Below are positions 50,197 through 60,048 of a stretch of 64,000 nt of DNA, piece by piece. The stretch lies in the NCBI GenBank assembly GCA_012960465.1, contig DUBF01000153.1:13476-77475 (forward strand). The letters run 5' to 3'. The notes beneath the pieces were generated by a model, which saw only the letters and a list, made by a program, of their open reading frames with translations, did no database searches and was not told where the DNA came from. The DNA comes from Rhodospirillales bacterium (GTDB lineage Bacteria > Pseudomonadota > Alphaproteobacteria > Rhodospirillales > UBA2165). The position numbers were made by a program, and so were the translations under genes. Each line of letters opens with the position of its first letter. Position 1 is the stretch's first letter.

Positions 50197-51171
50197 ATGA
50201 ATAATAGCAATAATACAACAATAAAAGATGTTGAACATGCTGAACGAGTTTTGCTAATCGAAGCTGCAGGCCTTACCAAGCTATCGCAATCTTTAAATAA
50301 AACCCTCACCAATGCTCTAAATATTCTTCAAGATATTAACGGTCGCGTTATTGTTACAGGCATGGGGAAAAGTGGCCATGTTGCAAAAAAAATTGCAGCT
50401 ACATTGGCCTCAACTGGGAAGCCCGCTTTTTTTATTCATCCGGGCGAAGCTAGCCATGGTGATATTGGAATGATCAGCGAAGATGATGTGGTTCTAGCAT
50501 TATCAAATTCAGGCGAGACCCCTGAGTTAAACGATATCATTTCGTATACACGACGCTTTAAGATCCCTTTAATCTGTATTACGAGCCAGATAAGCAGCTC
50601 AATAGCAATAGGATCTGATGTTAGCCTTATTTTACCTTCAGCGGAAGAAGCCTGCTTTATCGGTTTAGCGCCAACCACCTCAACAACCATGATGATGGCT
50701 TACGGCGACGTACTCGCTGTAGTTCTAATGGAACGTCAAGGATTTACCGCTGAAGACTTCAAATTAAGACACCCTGGTGGTCGTCTCGGTCAGAGCCTAC
50801 TCAAAGTTTCGGATATAATGCATGTCGGGTCTGCCCTTCCAATCGCTAGAGAATCAGATCTAATGACTGAGGTTCTTGTTGAAATGACAGCAAAAAACTT
50901 TGGTTGTATCGGCGTAATCGATAAAATCGGTAGTTTAACTGGAATTGTGACAGATGGTGATTTAAGGCGCCATATGACAAATGGCATACTTGATTTAACA
51001 GCAGCAGAAGTTATGAACCCCAGCGTAAAAACAATAAGACCGACGGCTCTAGCGAGTGAAGCATTACAAATCATGAATGATGCGAAAATAACGGGTCTTT
51101 TTATTTCTGAAGAAAAAAAAATCGTGGGTTTATTGCACGTACATGACTGTCTTCGGGCAGGTATAGCCTAA
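50197..51171 (+). CDS. kpsF: arabinose-5-phosphate isomerase (KpsF/GutQ family; SIS + 2 CBS)
   Basis: SIS motif GMGKSGHVAKKIAATLASTG and a C-terminal CBS pair. Its position upstream of lptC-lptA-lptB fits. Confidence 0.9.
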   Translation: MNNSNNTTIKDVEHAERVLLIEAAGLTKLSQSLNKTLTNALNILQDINGRVIVTGMGKSGHVAKKIAATLASTGKPAFFIHPGEASHGDIGMISEDDVVLALSNSGETPELNDIISYTRRFKIPLICITSQISSSIAIGSDVSLILPSAEEACFIGLAPTTSTTMMMAYGDVLAVVLMERQGFTAEDFKLRHPGGRLGQSLLKVSDIMHVGSALPIARESDLMTEVLVEMTAKNFGCIGVIDKIGSLTGIVTDGDLRRHMTNGILDLTAAEVMNPSVKTIRPTALASEALQIMNDAKITGLFISEEKKIVGLLHVHDCLRAGIA

Positions 51172-51180
51172 GGTAGAACA

Positions 51181-51903
51181 ATGGGTATAAAGTTATTACA
51201 TCGTTCGCTTCCAAAGACCGATAAAAATCTTGATGTAACATTAAATCTAGAACCACCAAATGTTAACGGAATTACCAGAGTTACTAAAATTCCTAGCCTA
51301 GCTAGCTACAGTAAATATGTCTTTTTTATGAAGCTAATATTACCAGCAATAGCAATAGGACTGGTATGTTTGGTTCTTCTTTGGCCGCAAATGACGGTAA
51401 AGAATACACGGTTTACCATCAATTTTAAAAATATCGAAAATTCTAATTCAGATAATTTAAATATGGTCAATGCGCGTTTTGTTGGTACAGATGCAAAAAA
51501 TCAACCATTCTCAATTACGGCCGATATAGCAAAAAATATGACTATCGACGGAACTTCAATTGAATTAGAAATGCCAAAAGCTGATATCGGGTTTGATAAT
51601 GGTACTTGGTTAGCCGTAGTAGCAAATAGTGGAATTTATAACCAAAAAACCCAATTCCTAAATTTAGCAGGTTCGGTTAATTTGTTTCACGATTCTGGCT
51701 ATGAATTCAACACGGAAAAAACAACAATCGATTTGATCAGAGGAATTGCATTTAGCAATGTAGTAATTAATGGCCAAGGGCCCTTTGGTAATTTGACTGC
51801 TGAGGGCTTTCAAATCGAAAAGAAAAATAATCAATTCTTTTTTACTGGAAAATCAAAATTAGTTGTTAAAACTGGTGTCAATAAAAATGTAAATCGACAA
51901 TGA
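51181..51903 (+). CDS. lptC: LPS export system protein LptC
   Basis: 240 aa with a single N-terminal TM anchor. Its position between kpsF and lptA fits, but sequence similarity is judged by context only. Confidence 0.7.
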   Translation: MGIKLLHRSLPKTDKNLDVTLNLEPPNVNGITRVTKIPSLASYSKYVFFMKLILPAIAIGLVCLVLLWPQMTVKNTRFTINFKNIENSNSDNLNMVNARFVGTDAKNQPFSITADIAKNMTIDGTSIELEMPKADIGFDNGTWLAVVANSGIYNQKTQFLNLAGSVNLFHDSGYEFNTEKTTIDLIRGIAFSNVVINGQGPFGNLTAEGFQIEKKNNQFFFTGKSKLVVKTGVNKNVNRQ

Positions 51904-51915
51904 AGAGTAATTATC

Positions 51916-52758
51916 ATGAGCGTATATTTTTTTAGTAGAATTGTTATTTTATTTTCCCTAATAACTCCTACATTAGTCTGGGCCCAATCGCTTAATCTAG
52001 CGACTGGAAAGAATGATCAGCCTATAGAAATTACTGCTGATAACGGCATAGAATGGCAACACGACAATCAATTAATGATTGCATCAGGTAAAGCTAAGGC
52101 CACTCGCGGTAAGGCTAGCATCGAAGCCGATACACTGCGGGCATTTTATAAAAAAGATAAAAATGGAGCCTCCAATTTATCCCGACTAGATGCAATAGGA
52201 CGAGTGATAGTTACCTCCCCAACTCAGAAATTAACCGGTGAAATGGGTATTTATGATCTGACAAAAGGCGTTCTCGTCATGACAGGTAAGAAAGTCTCCC
52301 TAATTTCTGGTAAAAATACAATTACGGCAAACGAGCAATTGGAATATTACGAAAAGAAAGAAATGGCGGTGGCGCGCAAGGATGCAAGAGCCAATCATGA
52401 TGGTAAACTGTTGCGCGCTAATACGCTCGTTGCGCTCTTTTTTAAAGATAAAAACGGGAAATCTCAATTAAGCCGAATTCAAGCATTTGAGAATGTCCGC
52501 ATAGTAACTAATACCGAATCTATTTGGGCGGATAAAGGTATCTACGATGTTAATTCTGGCATAGCCACGCTGGATGGCAATATTCGTATCACTCGAGATG
52601 GCAATCAACTCAATGGAGATAGTGCTATTATAAATTTAACTACAGGGGTTAGTAAGCTGTTAACGGATCCTCGTGTACGATCACCAACCAACTCAAAAAA
52701 TCGGAATCTACGCAAGAAGAAACGCGTCCGCGGCTACTTGCGGCCTAAAAGGAAATAG
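51916..52758 (+). CDS. lptA: LPS transport periplasmic protein LptA (OstA-like)
   Basis: Signal peptide and OstA-like beta-jellyroll repeats (IEITADNGIEW ..., two similar KDKNG..LSR segments). It has a Lys/Arg-rich C-terminal tail. Confidence 0.8.
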   Translation: MSVYFFSRIVILFSLITPTLVWAQSLNLATGKNDQPIEITADNGIEWQHDNQLMIASGKAKATRGKASIEADTLRAFYKKDKNGASNLSRLDAIGRVIVTSPTQKLTGEMGIYDLTKGVLVMTGKKVSLISGKNTITANEQLEYYEKKEMAVARKDARANHDGKLLRANTLVALFFKDKNGKSQLSRIQAFENVRIVTNTESIWADKGIYDVNSGIATLDGNIRITRDGNQLNGDSAIINLTTGVSKLLTDPRVRSPTNSKNRNLRKKKRVRGYLRPKRK

Positions 52759-52895
52759 CAAAATTCTATTATATTTATCGCTTTAGAGTATCAATGTTTT
52801 AATTGAGTTCTTATTTCATAGGTGTAAACTTGTATTTGGATAGGAACAAAAAAATACAGATGTTTAATCGTGAGAATCAAGGAAAATAAATTAAT

Positions 52896-53669
52896 ATGGC
52901 TGATAATTCCAAAAACGTTGATCCTCCGAAAATAGTCGCAGATAATCTCCTTGGCCTAGCGGCAATAAATCTCGGCAAAGGATTTGATAAACGTCCCGTT
53001 GTTCGCGGAGTTTCTATAACAGTTCAGCGGGGTGAAGTAATCGGCCTATTAGGACCGAACGGTGCGGGAAAGACGACGTGTTTTTATATGATTACTGGCC
53101 TTATTATGCCAGATTATGGAACCATCACACTAGATGGACAAAACCTCACAGACTTACCGATGTATCGGCGTGCTCGTATAGGCATCGGTTATCTTCCCCA
53201 AGAAGCTTCAATTTTTCAAGGTTTAACAGTTGAAAATAATATTTTAGCAATTCTAGAAATGGTTGAGAAATCAAAAGATCGCCGAGAGGCTGTATTAGAA
53301 GCCTTACTCGCTGAATTCTCAATTAGTCACCTTAGGCGTACGCCCTCATTGGCATTATCAGGTGGCGAACGGCGTCGAGTTGAGATTGCTCGGGCATTAG
53401 CATCACGCCCTCACTTTATCTTGTTAGATGAGCCACTTGCCGGCATTGATCCTATTGCGGTTTCTGATATTAGAGATCTTATTTCACATCTCAAAGATCG
53501 GGGTATAGGTGTTTTAATTACCGATCACAATGTTCGTGATACTTTAAAAATCATTGACCGTGCCTACATCATTCACGATGGTATGGTACTTATGGAAGGA
53601 TCCCCATCCGATATTGTCGGGAATGAAGACGTTCGCCGAGTCTATCTTGGGGATCGGTTCAACTTGTAA
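52896..53669 (+). CDS. lptB: LPS export ABC transporter ATP-binding protein LptB
   Basis: [24 protein letters not shown] and ILLDEP motifs. It lies immediately upstream of rpoN. Confidence 0.95.
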   Translation: MADNSKNVDPPKIVADNLLGLAAINLGKGFDKRPVVRGVSITVQRGEVIGLLGPNGAGKTTCFYMITGLIMPDYGTITLDGQNLTDLPMYRRARIGIGYLPQEASIFQGLTVENNILAILEMVEKSKDRREAVLEALLAEFSISHLRRTPSLALSGGERRRVEIARALASRPHFILLDEPLAGIDPIAVSDIRDLISHLKDRGIGVLITDHNVRDTLKIIDRAYIIHDGMVLMEGSPSDIVGNEDVRRVYLGDRFNL

Positions 53670-53681
53670 GCGTGCCACAAA

Positions 53682-55226
53682 ATGACGTTAGCCCCTAGAT
53701 TAGAACTCAAATACGGCCAGTCACTCCTTATGACGCCGCAATTACAGCAGGCAATAAAACTCCTACAAATGTCAAATATTGATTTAAACGAATTTGTCGA
53801 AGCGGAACTTGCTGAAAATCCAATGTTAGAACGCGATGATAGTAACACCCCAAAAGACCACGATGGGTCAGGCGAAACAATCAGCGAGCCTAATGAAAAC
53901 GAAGATGAACCGGGGGGATTGGAAACCATAAACTTGGACAACCATGAACACATTACTGAAAGTCAAGTAAATGCCTTAGATATGGAAAATTACGATAATG
54001 TCTGGGATGCCGAACCGGCAGTAGAACCTGCAACTACCATTCACAATCTAGATAGCGGCTCGATCTCAGAATGGAGCAAACCTTTGGGTGGGAATGGCGG
54101 TACTCATTTTGATAATACTGACTATTCTTTGGAACAAACCATACGCCAAGAAACCTCGCTTAGAGATTATTTAACACAACAAATCCAAATCGATCTTCCC
54201 AATCCAACTGAACGCATTATTGCTATGCACTTGCTGGATTTACTCGATGAATCTGGTCGATTACCAGTTAAATTAGATAATAGTGCTGAAATTCTTGGGT
54301 GCGATCTCTGCCGTATTGAGGCTGTTTTAACAAAACTTCAAGCACTTGACCCTCCTGGTATATTTGCCCGAGATCTTACAGAATGTTGGTCTATACAATT
54401 ACGCGAACTGAATAGGTATGACCCGGCAATCGAGGTCCTACTTCAAAATATAGAACTATTAAAACAACATGATTATGAAACCCTGTCAAAACTTTGTGGT
54501 GTAGACTTAGACGACATCAAAGACATGATTGATGAAATTTGGGCGCTTAATCACAAGCCCGCAGAGGCATTCGACCATATTATCACACAGCCAATAACAC
54601 CTGACGTCATGATGCGTTCCGGCCCTTCTAATACCTGGATCATCGAGCTTAACAACGACACTCTACCAAAAGTTCTAATCAACAATCAGTATTATTCTAT
54701 GATTAACAAATCCGTTCGGACAAAAGAAGAAAAAAAATACGTTACAGAAAAACTACAGATCGCTAATTGGCTAGTAAAATCTTTACACCAACGGGCAACA
54801 ACAATTCTTAAAGTTGCGACGGAAATTGTTAAACAACAAGATACTTTTTTTGCTAAAGGCGTAGAATACCTTAAACCCTTGATACTCAGGGATATTGCCG
54901 AAGAAATTGAAATGCATGAAAGCACCGTAAGCAGGGTTACCTCCAACAAATATATCAACACACCGCGAGGTATTTTTGAACTTAAATACTTTTTCACAAC
55001 CTCGATCGGTTCATCAACTGGAGGATCTGCCCACTCAGCAGAATCTGTTCGCTACAGAATAAAAGCCTTAATTAGTGCAGAATCTCCGAAAAAAATTTTA
55101 TCTGATGATAAGTTGGTTGAACTGCTTAAAACTGGTGGAATTGAAATTGCTCGACGAACAGTCGCAAAGTATCGTGAAGCAATGAACATTCCATCTTCAG
55201 TTCAACGCAGACGGGAAAAACTATGA
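53682..55226 (+). CDS. rpoN: RNA polymerase sigma-54 factor
   Basis: N-terminal LLMTPQLQQAIKLLQMS, an acidic region, and the C-terminal RpoN box ARRTVAKYRE. Confidence 0.95.
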   Translation: MTLAPRLELKYGQSLLMTPQLQQAIKLLQMSNIDLNEFVEAELAENPMLERDDSNTPKDHDGSGETISEPNENEDEPGGLETINLDNHEHITESQVNALDMENYDNVWDAEPAVEPATTIHNLDSGSISEWSKPLGGNGGTHFDNTDYSLEQTIRQETSLRDYLTQQIQIDLPNPTERIIAMHLLDLLDESGRLPVKLDNSAEILGCDLCRIEAVLTKLQALDPPGIFARDLTECWSIQLRELNRYDPAIEVLLQNIELLKQHDYETLSKLCGVDLDDIKDMIDEIWALNHKPAEAFDHIITQPITPDVMMRSGPSNTWIIELNNDTLPKVLINNQYYSMINKSVRTKEEKKYVTEKLQIANWLVKSLHQRATTILKVATEIVKQQDTFFAKGVEYLKPLILRDIAEEIEMHESTVSRVTSNKYINTPRGIFELKYFFTTSIGSSTGGSAHSAESVRYRIKALISAESPKKILSDDKLVELLKTGGIEIARRTVAKYREAMNIPSSVQRRREKL

Positions 55227-55604
55227 GTAATTTTTAATTATTTAATAAACAGAATTTGACGCTATTTTATTATTTTCTGCATGATATACTTGACAGAATT
55301 AGCAGACCACATTAGGTTCCGCCGGTCTTTATAATTAATTTTGTAATGTTGGTGCCAACGAAGTCCTAAATCGATTTATAGTGCCAGTACCTAATTTAAT
55401 AATGCAAATTATAGTTGATATAAAAACGGTTTAACCAGTTAATCCTACTCTTAAAATAAGATTTTAATTCATCACAATCGACAATTTTGTGATTTTACAA
55501 AATATTTTCTCTGTCTCCGATTGGTTCTTTACAAAAATTACTACCTATTACCAATAGAATACAAAACTAATATCTATCTTTTAAGAAGTTAATAAAGGAT
55601 CGTT

Positions 55605-56069
55605 ATGGAACTCAACAATTTACTTACGCCAGAATGTATTGTGGCAAATTTAAAAGCAACGAGCAAAAAACAAGCATTACAGGAAATATCTAGGCGTATT
55701 GCGGAAGTAACTGGCGAGAATGAGCGAGATATATTTGATGTTATAATCGAACGCGAGAAACTCGGTACTACGGGTGTAGGGGACGGTATTGCAATCCCCC
55801 ACGGCAAACTCGAAACTCTAAAAAAATTATATGGCTTTTTCGCACGACTAGAACGCCCTGTAAATTTTGACTCTGTCGATGAACGGCCAGTAGATTTAAT
55901 TTTTTTATTATTAGCTCCAGAAGCGGCGGGTGCAGAACATTTAAAGGCCTTAGCCTGCGTCTCACGATTTTTAAGAGACAAAGCCAATTGCGATAAGCTG
56001 CGAGGATCAACAAACCCTGAAGCTTTATATGCTATTCTAATTGAAAATGAAAAACATCAAGCAGCCTAG
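55605..56069 (+). CDS. ptsN: PTS IIA-like nitrogen regulatory protein PtsN
   Basis: 154 aa with the phosphorylatable His in GDGIAIPHGK. It is downstream of rpoN. Confidence 0.9.
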   Translation: MELNNLLTPECIVANLKATSKKQALQEISRRIAEVTGENERDIFDVIIEREKLGTTGVGDGIAIPHGKLETLKKLYGFFARLERPVNFDSVDERPVDLIFLLLAPEAAGAEHLKALACVSRFLRDKANCDKLRGSTNPEALYAILIENEKHQAA

Positions 56070-56148
56070 AATACCTGAAGACCAGTAGTTTTAGTTTGGA
56101 TGCTTAAGCCTGACAGGATCATATTGATTAACGCACAGCAAAGTCATT

Positions 56149-56394
56149 TCAATGGACATTGACTGGATAAAGATCGTTTTGTATTACCATAGCTCTGGCG
56201 AGGTCAAACTCGGGGGCCATACCAATTTGTTCGCCATCAGCTGCAAAAATTCCAAAAATATTTTCACCATCGTCAACAATTTGCTTAACATACGCTATTT
56301 CATCCAAACCGAGATAAATAAGATCACCACTACTAAACCCGCCATTTAATTCGATGGGGACATTATCTATTACTGGATCATCATACTGCGTCAT
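56149..56394 (-). CDS. DUF1150 family protein
   Basis: 81 aa with an acidic LDEIAYVK ... FAADGEQIG ... A pattern. It lies directly downstream of an hsp20 gene, as is common in alphaproteobacteria. Confidence 0.7.
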   Translation of the reverse strand: MTQYDDPVIDNVPIELNGGFSSGDLIYLGLDEIAYVKQIVDDGENIFGIFAADGEQIGMAPEFDLARAMVIQNDLYPVNVH

Positions 56395-56433
56395 TCTACA
56401 CCCTTTTTAACCACTTGTTGTTTCTACTTTAAA

Positions 56434-56907
56434 CTATTCTGCGGTATCTAACTCGATAGTTTCTATTTTTTGAATGCTTGTTTTAACAGTTGGTTGAACT
56501 TTCTCAATCTTAATCTTACGAACTTCTGGCTCAGGAATTGGTCGGGTCATATCAATATGCAACAAGCCGTCTTCAAGGCGCGCTGTTACCACTTCTATTC
56601 CTTCAGCTAGAACAAAACTCCGCTGAAATTGACGCGCTGCAATCCCTCGGTGAAGATAAACCCTTTCTTTATCCTCAACGGTATTCCTTCCGCGAATGAC
56701 CAACTGATTATCCTCTGTTGTCACCTCTAAATCATTCATTGAAAACCCAGCAACCGCTATAGTTATGCGAAGTGCCTCCTCATTTATTTGTTCAATATTA
56801 TACGGTGGATAACCCTCAGCTGAAGATTTTGCTACTCGATCTATAACACGTTCAAAATGATCAAATCCTAAAAGTAATGGGCTGTCAAAAACGGGGAGGC
56901 GAGACAT
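56434..56907 (-). CDS. ibpA: Hsp20/alpha-crystallin family small heat-shock protein
   Basis: 157 aa. YPPYNIEQ, ITIAVAGF and GLLHIDM are alpha-crystallin domain hallmarks. Confidence 0.9.
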   Translation of the reverse strand: MSRLPVFDSPLLLGFDHFERVIDRVAKSSAEGYPPYNIEQINEEALRITIAVAGFSMNDLEVTTEDNQLVIRGRNTVEDKERVYLHRGIAARQFQRSFVLAEGIEVVTARLEDGLLHIDMTRPIPEPEVRKIKIEKVQPTVKTSIQKIETIELDTAE

Positions 56908-57004
56908 CCAATTTTTCCTTTATGAAGCAAACTAAAACTATTTAAGGTGCCTTTGGATATTTAACAATTTATCTTAACTTGGCATATTAATGCTTAACGT
57001 CAAG
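56908..57004 (-). promoter_or_regulatory. hsp20 leader with a ROSE-like hairpin over the Shine-Dalgarno, plus a CTTGAC -35-like box
   Basis: The minus-strand RNA reads UUUGCUU-CAUA-AAGGAAA (56931-56914). It pairs the SD with a UUGCU motif and leaves a G-G mismatch. CCCCTTGAC lies about 95 nt upstream of the ATG. Confidence 0.35.
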
Positions 57005-57109
57005 GGGCGATACCAGAAACAAAATTATTTTCAAATATAATTCGATAGCGCTATTGAAAAATACTGATATTATAAGTACTAAACCCCATGACTATATGGA
57101 GTAAAACTA

Positions 57110-58078
57110 GTGGCTAACGAAAAATCTAATCTTGAAGGACTGAGAAAAGCCTGCGAAGCTTACGTTAAGAAAAAGGGTGCGCTAGCATTCGGATTGGCCA
57201 ACATTGAAACCTTGGAACGGACCGCTCCCGAGGGTAGTCGTCCATCCGATATGTTACCGAAAGTAAAATCAGTTATATCAATTGGCGTAGGAGGGGGTAC
57301 CCGCGGATCTTGGTCCGCAGATGCAAAAACGCTGGCCTATATTGGTGATACCGAGACAATGGCGTACCGAATTGCTTATGGTTTAGCATTTTATATTGAA
57401 GCCAAATTTGGCTACCGCGCGATTTTTGTACCACCTGATATGGATCCAGAAAAAGGAGCTCGTGTTCCGATGCAGAGCCTTAAACTCCATGCTGAAGTTG
57501 CTGGTATCGGCGCGCGCTCAATGGCAGGAGACATATTGCTTCATCCTGAATATGGGATGATGTATTACGCGTCAGTTTTCACAGAGATGAAAATGCCTCC
57601 GGATCAACCCATGGCTGATAATCCCTGTCCCCACCCCTCTTGTGTACAATTATATAGAAAAAGTGGGCAAACACCATGTATGCGGTTTTGCCCTGTCGAA
57701 TGTTTAAGCGGATCAATTGGTGATGATGATCAAGTAGAAGAAATGCATTATGACGCACATGCCTGCGCCGAGATGTCTCAACAATATGAAGCAATTCCGA
57801 GTATACTTCTGGATACACTTGATGCGAAAGATCCAATTGAACGGGGCATGGCACTTCATGGCCCCGAGAATCAGGTAATTTGGTATAAACTATCAGTTGG
57901 CGCCGGTGAGTTGCTATCACTTTGTTATGAATGTATGCGAGTATGCCCCATCACCCAAACAGCACCAATGGCAAATCCAGTGGCTAGGGGTGCCGGTATG
58001 CGTCAAAAGATCGTTGAAGCTGAAGCCGCAGCAAGAACAGAACATGCTATAGAGCAAGATAGCCATAAGGAAAACTAA
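57110..58078 (+). CDS. Fe-S cluster-binding protein, QueG/reductive-dehalogenase-like architecture, unknown function
   Basis: 322 aa with a GTG start. The N-terminal region resembles the QueG DUF1730 region. Cys clusters are CPHPSC-x12-C-x3-CPVEC and C-x2-C-x3-CP (LCYECMRVCP). Confidence 0.5.
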   Translation: MANEKSNLEGLRKACEAYVKKKGALAFGLANIETLERTAPEGSRPSDMLPKVKSVISIGVGGGTRGSWSADAKTLAYIGDTETMAYRIAYGLAFYIEAKFGYRAIFVPPDMDPEKGARVPMQSLKLHAEVAGIGARSMAGDILLHPEYGMMYYASVFTEMKMPPDQPMADNPCPHPSCVQLYRKSGQTPCMRFCPVECLSGSIGDDDQVEEMHYDAHACAEMSQQYEAIPSILLDTLDAKDPIERGMALHGPENQVIWYKLSVGAGELLSLCYECMRVCPITQTAPMANPVARGAGMRQKIVEAEAAARTEHAIEQDSHKEN

Positions 58079-58080
58079 GA

Positions 58081-60036
58081 ATGGCATATGGTGTCACCCA
58101 GCAGATGATTGATACCTTTGGTGAAATTGTCTTTAAGCTAAGTCTTAACAAACAAATCCGCCGTGGTGACCCAGTCAGAAAATTAGATTTCTCCGCAATT
58201 GAAGCGACGAGAGAAGAAAGCGGACTAACCGATAAAGAAATAGCAGAGCGGATTGGATTATTACCAGAACAAGTTAGTGTTGTTCGCGTCTTTACCGAAC
58301 GTAAACATCATAAAATTGATCAGCATCGGAGACTATATCATTTAGGTGGTGGTAAACGATGGAAAAAAGAAGCCTATCGAAGTCCAGCAGAACGACTACA
58401 ATTTAGAGAGGATGCCATGATGATTAGAAAGGCCATAAAATTTTTACCAGAATTAGCAGCCAGATATATTGAAAAAGGCTACTGGATTAATGAAACATTG
58501 AACGGACATCTGATCAATTACGCTCATATTACACCTGACGCACTAGCAATCATCCATCCAGAAGGAGAGCTAAGTTATAAACATCTGAAAGATAGCGTTG
58601 ACGAATTAACCAATGGTTTAATGAAAATTGGTTTAACGAAGGGCGATGTTGTTGCGGTGCAACTCCCAAACACACTTGAGTTTATTATCAGTTATTTTGC
58701 CATTACTGCTTTTGGCGGCGTGATGCAAACTATCCACATGCCATACCGTGATGCCGATATTAAATTTCTTTTAACCCATTCAAAGGCACGTGCCGTAATT
58801 TGTCTCCCAGCTTTCAAAGACTTTAACACAGCAAAAGTTATGCTGAGTTTAAAAGAAAAATCTGATACTCTTGATCATATCATTACTATTGGCGAAGTAT
58901 CACCCAAAGGAACTAAAGCATTTGAAAGTTTAAAAATCACGGGCACACCTAAAATAGATAATCCTCCCGTTGGTTCCGATCCGTTTTTATTGCTCTACAC
59001 GTCCGGAACAACTTCAAATCCCAAGGGAGTGCCATTAACCTACCAAAACATGATAGGCAATGCCCGTTTAAGCGTGCCAGAATTTCATATGACTCCAGCT
59101 GACCGAAATATTTCTGCGGCTCCATTCAGCCACCTGTATGGTCTTTATAATTTTCACGTAGCTTTATGTGCTGGTGCAGCTAATATCTTACTACCTGTTT
59201 TTACACCCCCCGATCTTGCAAAAACAATAGAAAAAACCAAAGCTACGACTGTATTTCTAGGTCCGCCACATGCTGCTTCAATGATTAATGCAGGCTTACT
59301 CGATAATCATGATTTTTCTTCAGTTCGTTTTTCAATGTTTTCCGGCTCAACATGCCCCCCTTCTATTCTGAAAACTTATCGAGATAAAATCTCTAATCAC
59401 AGCGATGGAACTCGTATTGGCCAATTATGGGGAATGACGGAAACCGCTGGAGCCACTTTTTGTCGCGACGATGGCCCCAAAGACCTTGCCCTGAAATCAG
59501 CAGGACCAGCAGCACCAGGTAATGAAATTCGGATTGTTTCAGCAGAGAATGACGAAGTTATATCGGCCAATACGGAAGGTGAGTTACAGGTCCGTGGTAG
59601 CTCTGTTTTTCCTGGTTACCTGAATAACTCGGAAGCTAATGCGGACGCATTTACCGTAGATGGTTGGTTCAAGACCGGTGATATTGCTATCATCGATGAA
59701 TTCGGAAATTTAACTATTACCGGACGAACCAAAGACGTTATCAGTCGAGGCGGCGTTAAATTCAATCCTGCCGATATCGAAGATTTAATAGTAAGCCACC
59801 CAAATGTGGAACAGGCAGCTATCGTGCCAATGCCCGATCCTATATTAGGAGAGAAAGCATGCTGCTTTATCACATTGATCGATAATATGACTATGACGTT
59901 GGAAGATTTATGTAACCTACTTGATAGCAAAAAAATTGCAAAAAACAAGTGGCCTGAACGACTTGTTATTATTGACGAAATGCCTTTAACACCAACACGT
60001 AAAATCATAAAAAGCAAACTGATAGAAAAGCTTTAA
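58081..60036 (+). CDS. AMP-dependent acyl/aryl-CoA ligase with ~110-aa N-terminal extension
   Basis: Adenylate-forming motifs LLYTSGTTSNPKGV, GWFKTGD, GRTKDVISRGGVKF and a C-terminal PTRKIIK. The ligase core begins near residue 112 (MMIRKAIKFLPELAARYIEKGYW). Confidence 0.85.
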   Translation: MAYGVTQQMIDTFGEIVFKLSLNKQIRRGDPVRKLDFSAIEATREESGLTDKEIAERIGLLPEQVSVVRVFTERKHHKIDQHRRLYHLGGGKRWKKEAYRSPAERLQFREDAMMIRKAIKFLPELAARYIEKGYWINETLNGHLINYAHITPDALAIIHPEGELSYKHLKDSVDELTNGLMKIGLTKGDVVAVQLPNTLEFIISYFAITAFGGVMQTIHMPYRDADIKFLLTHSKARAVICLPAFKDFNTAKVMLSLKEKSDTLDHIITIGEVSPKGTKAFESLKITGTPKIDNPPVGSDPFLLLYTSGTTSNPKGVPLTYQNMIGNARLSVPEFHMTPADRNISAAPFSHLYGLYNFHVALCAGAANILLPVFTPPDLAKTIEKTKATTVFLGPPHAASMINAGLLDNHDFSSVRFSMFSGSTCPPSILKTYRDKISNHSDGTRIGQLWGMTETAGATFCRDDGPKDLALKSAGPAAPGNEIRIVSAENDEVISANTEGELQVRGSSVFPGYLNNSEANADAFTVDGWFKTGDIAIIDEFGNLTITGRTKDVISRGGVKFNPADIEDLIVSHPNVEQAAIVPMPDPILGEKACCFITLIDNMTMTLEDLCNLLDSKKIAKNKWPERLVIIDEMPLTPTRKIIKSKLIEKL

Positions 60037-60048
60037 TTGGATATCCTT

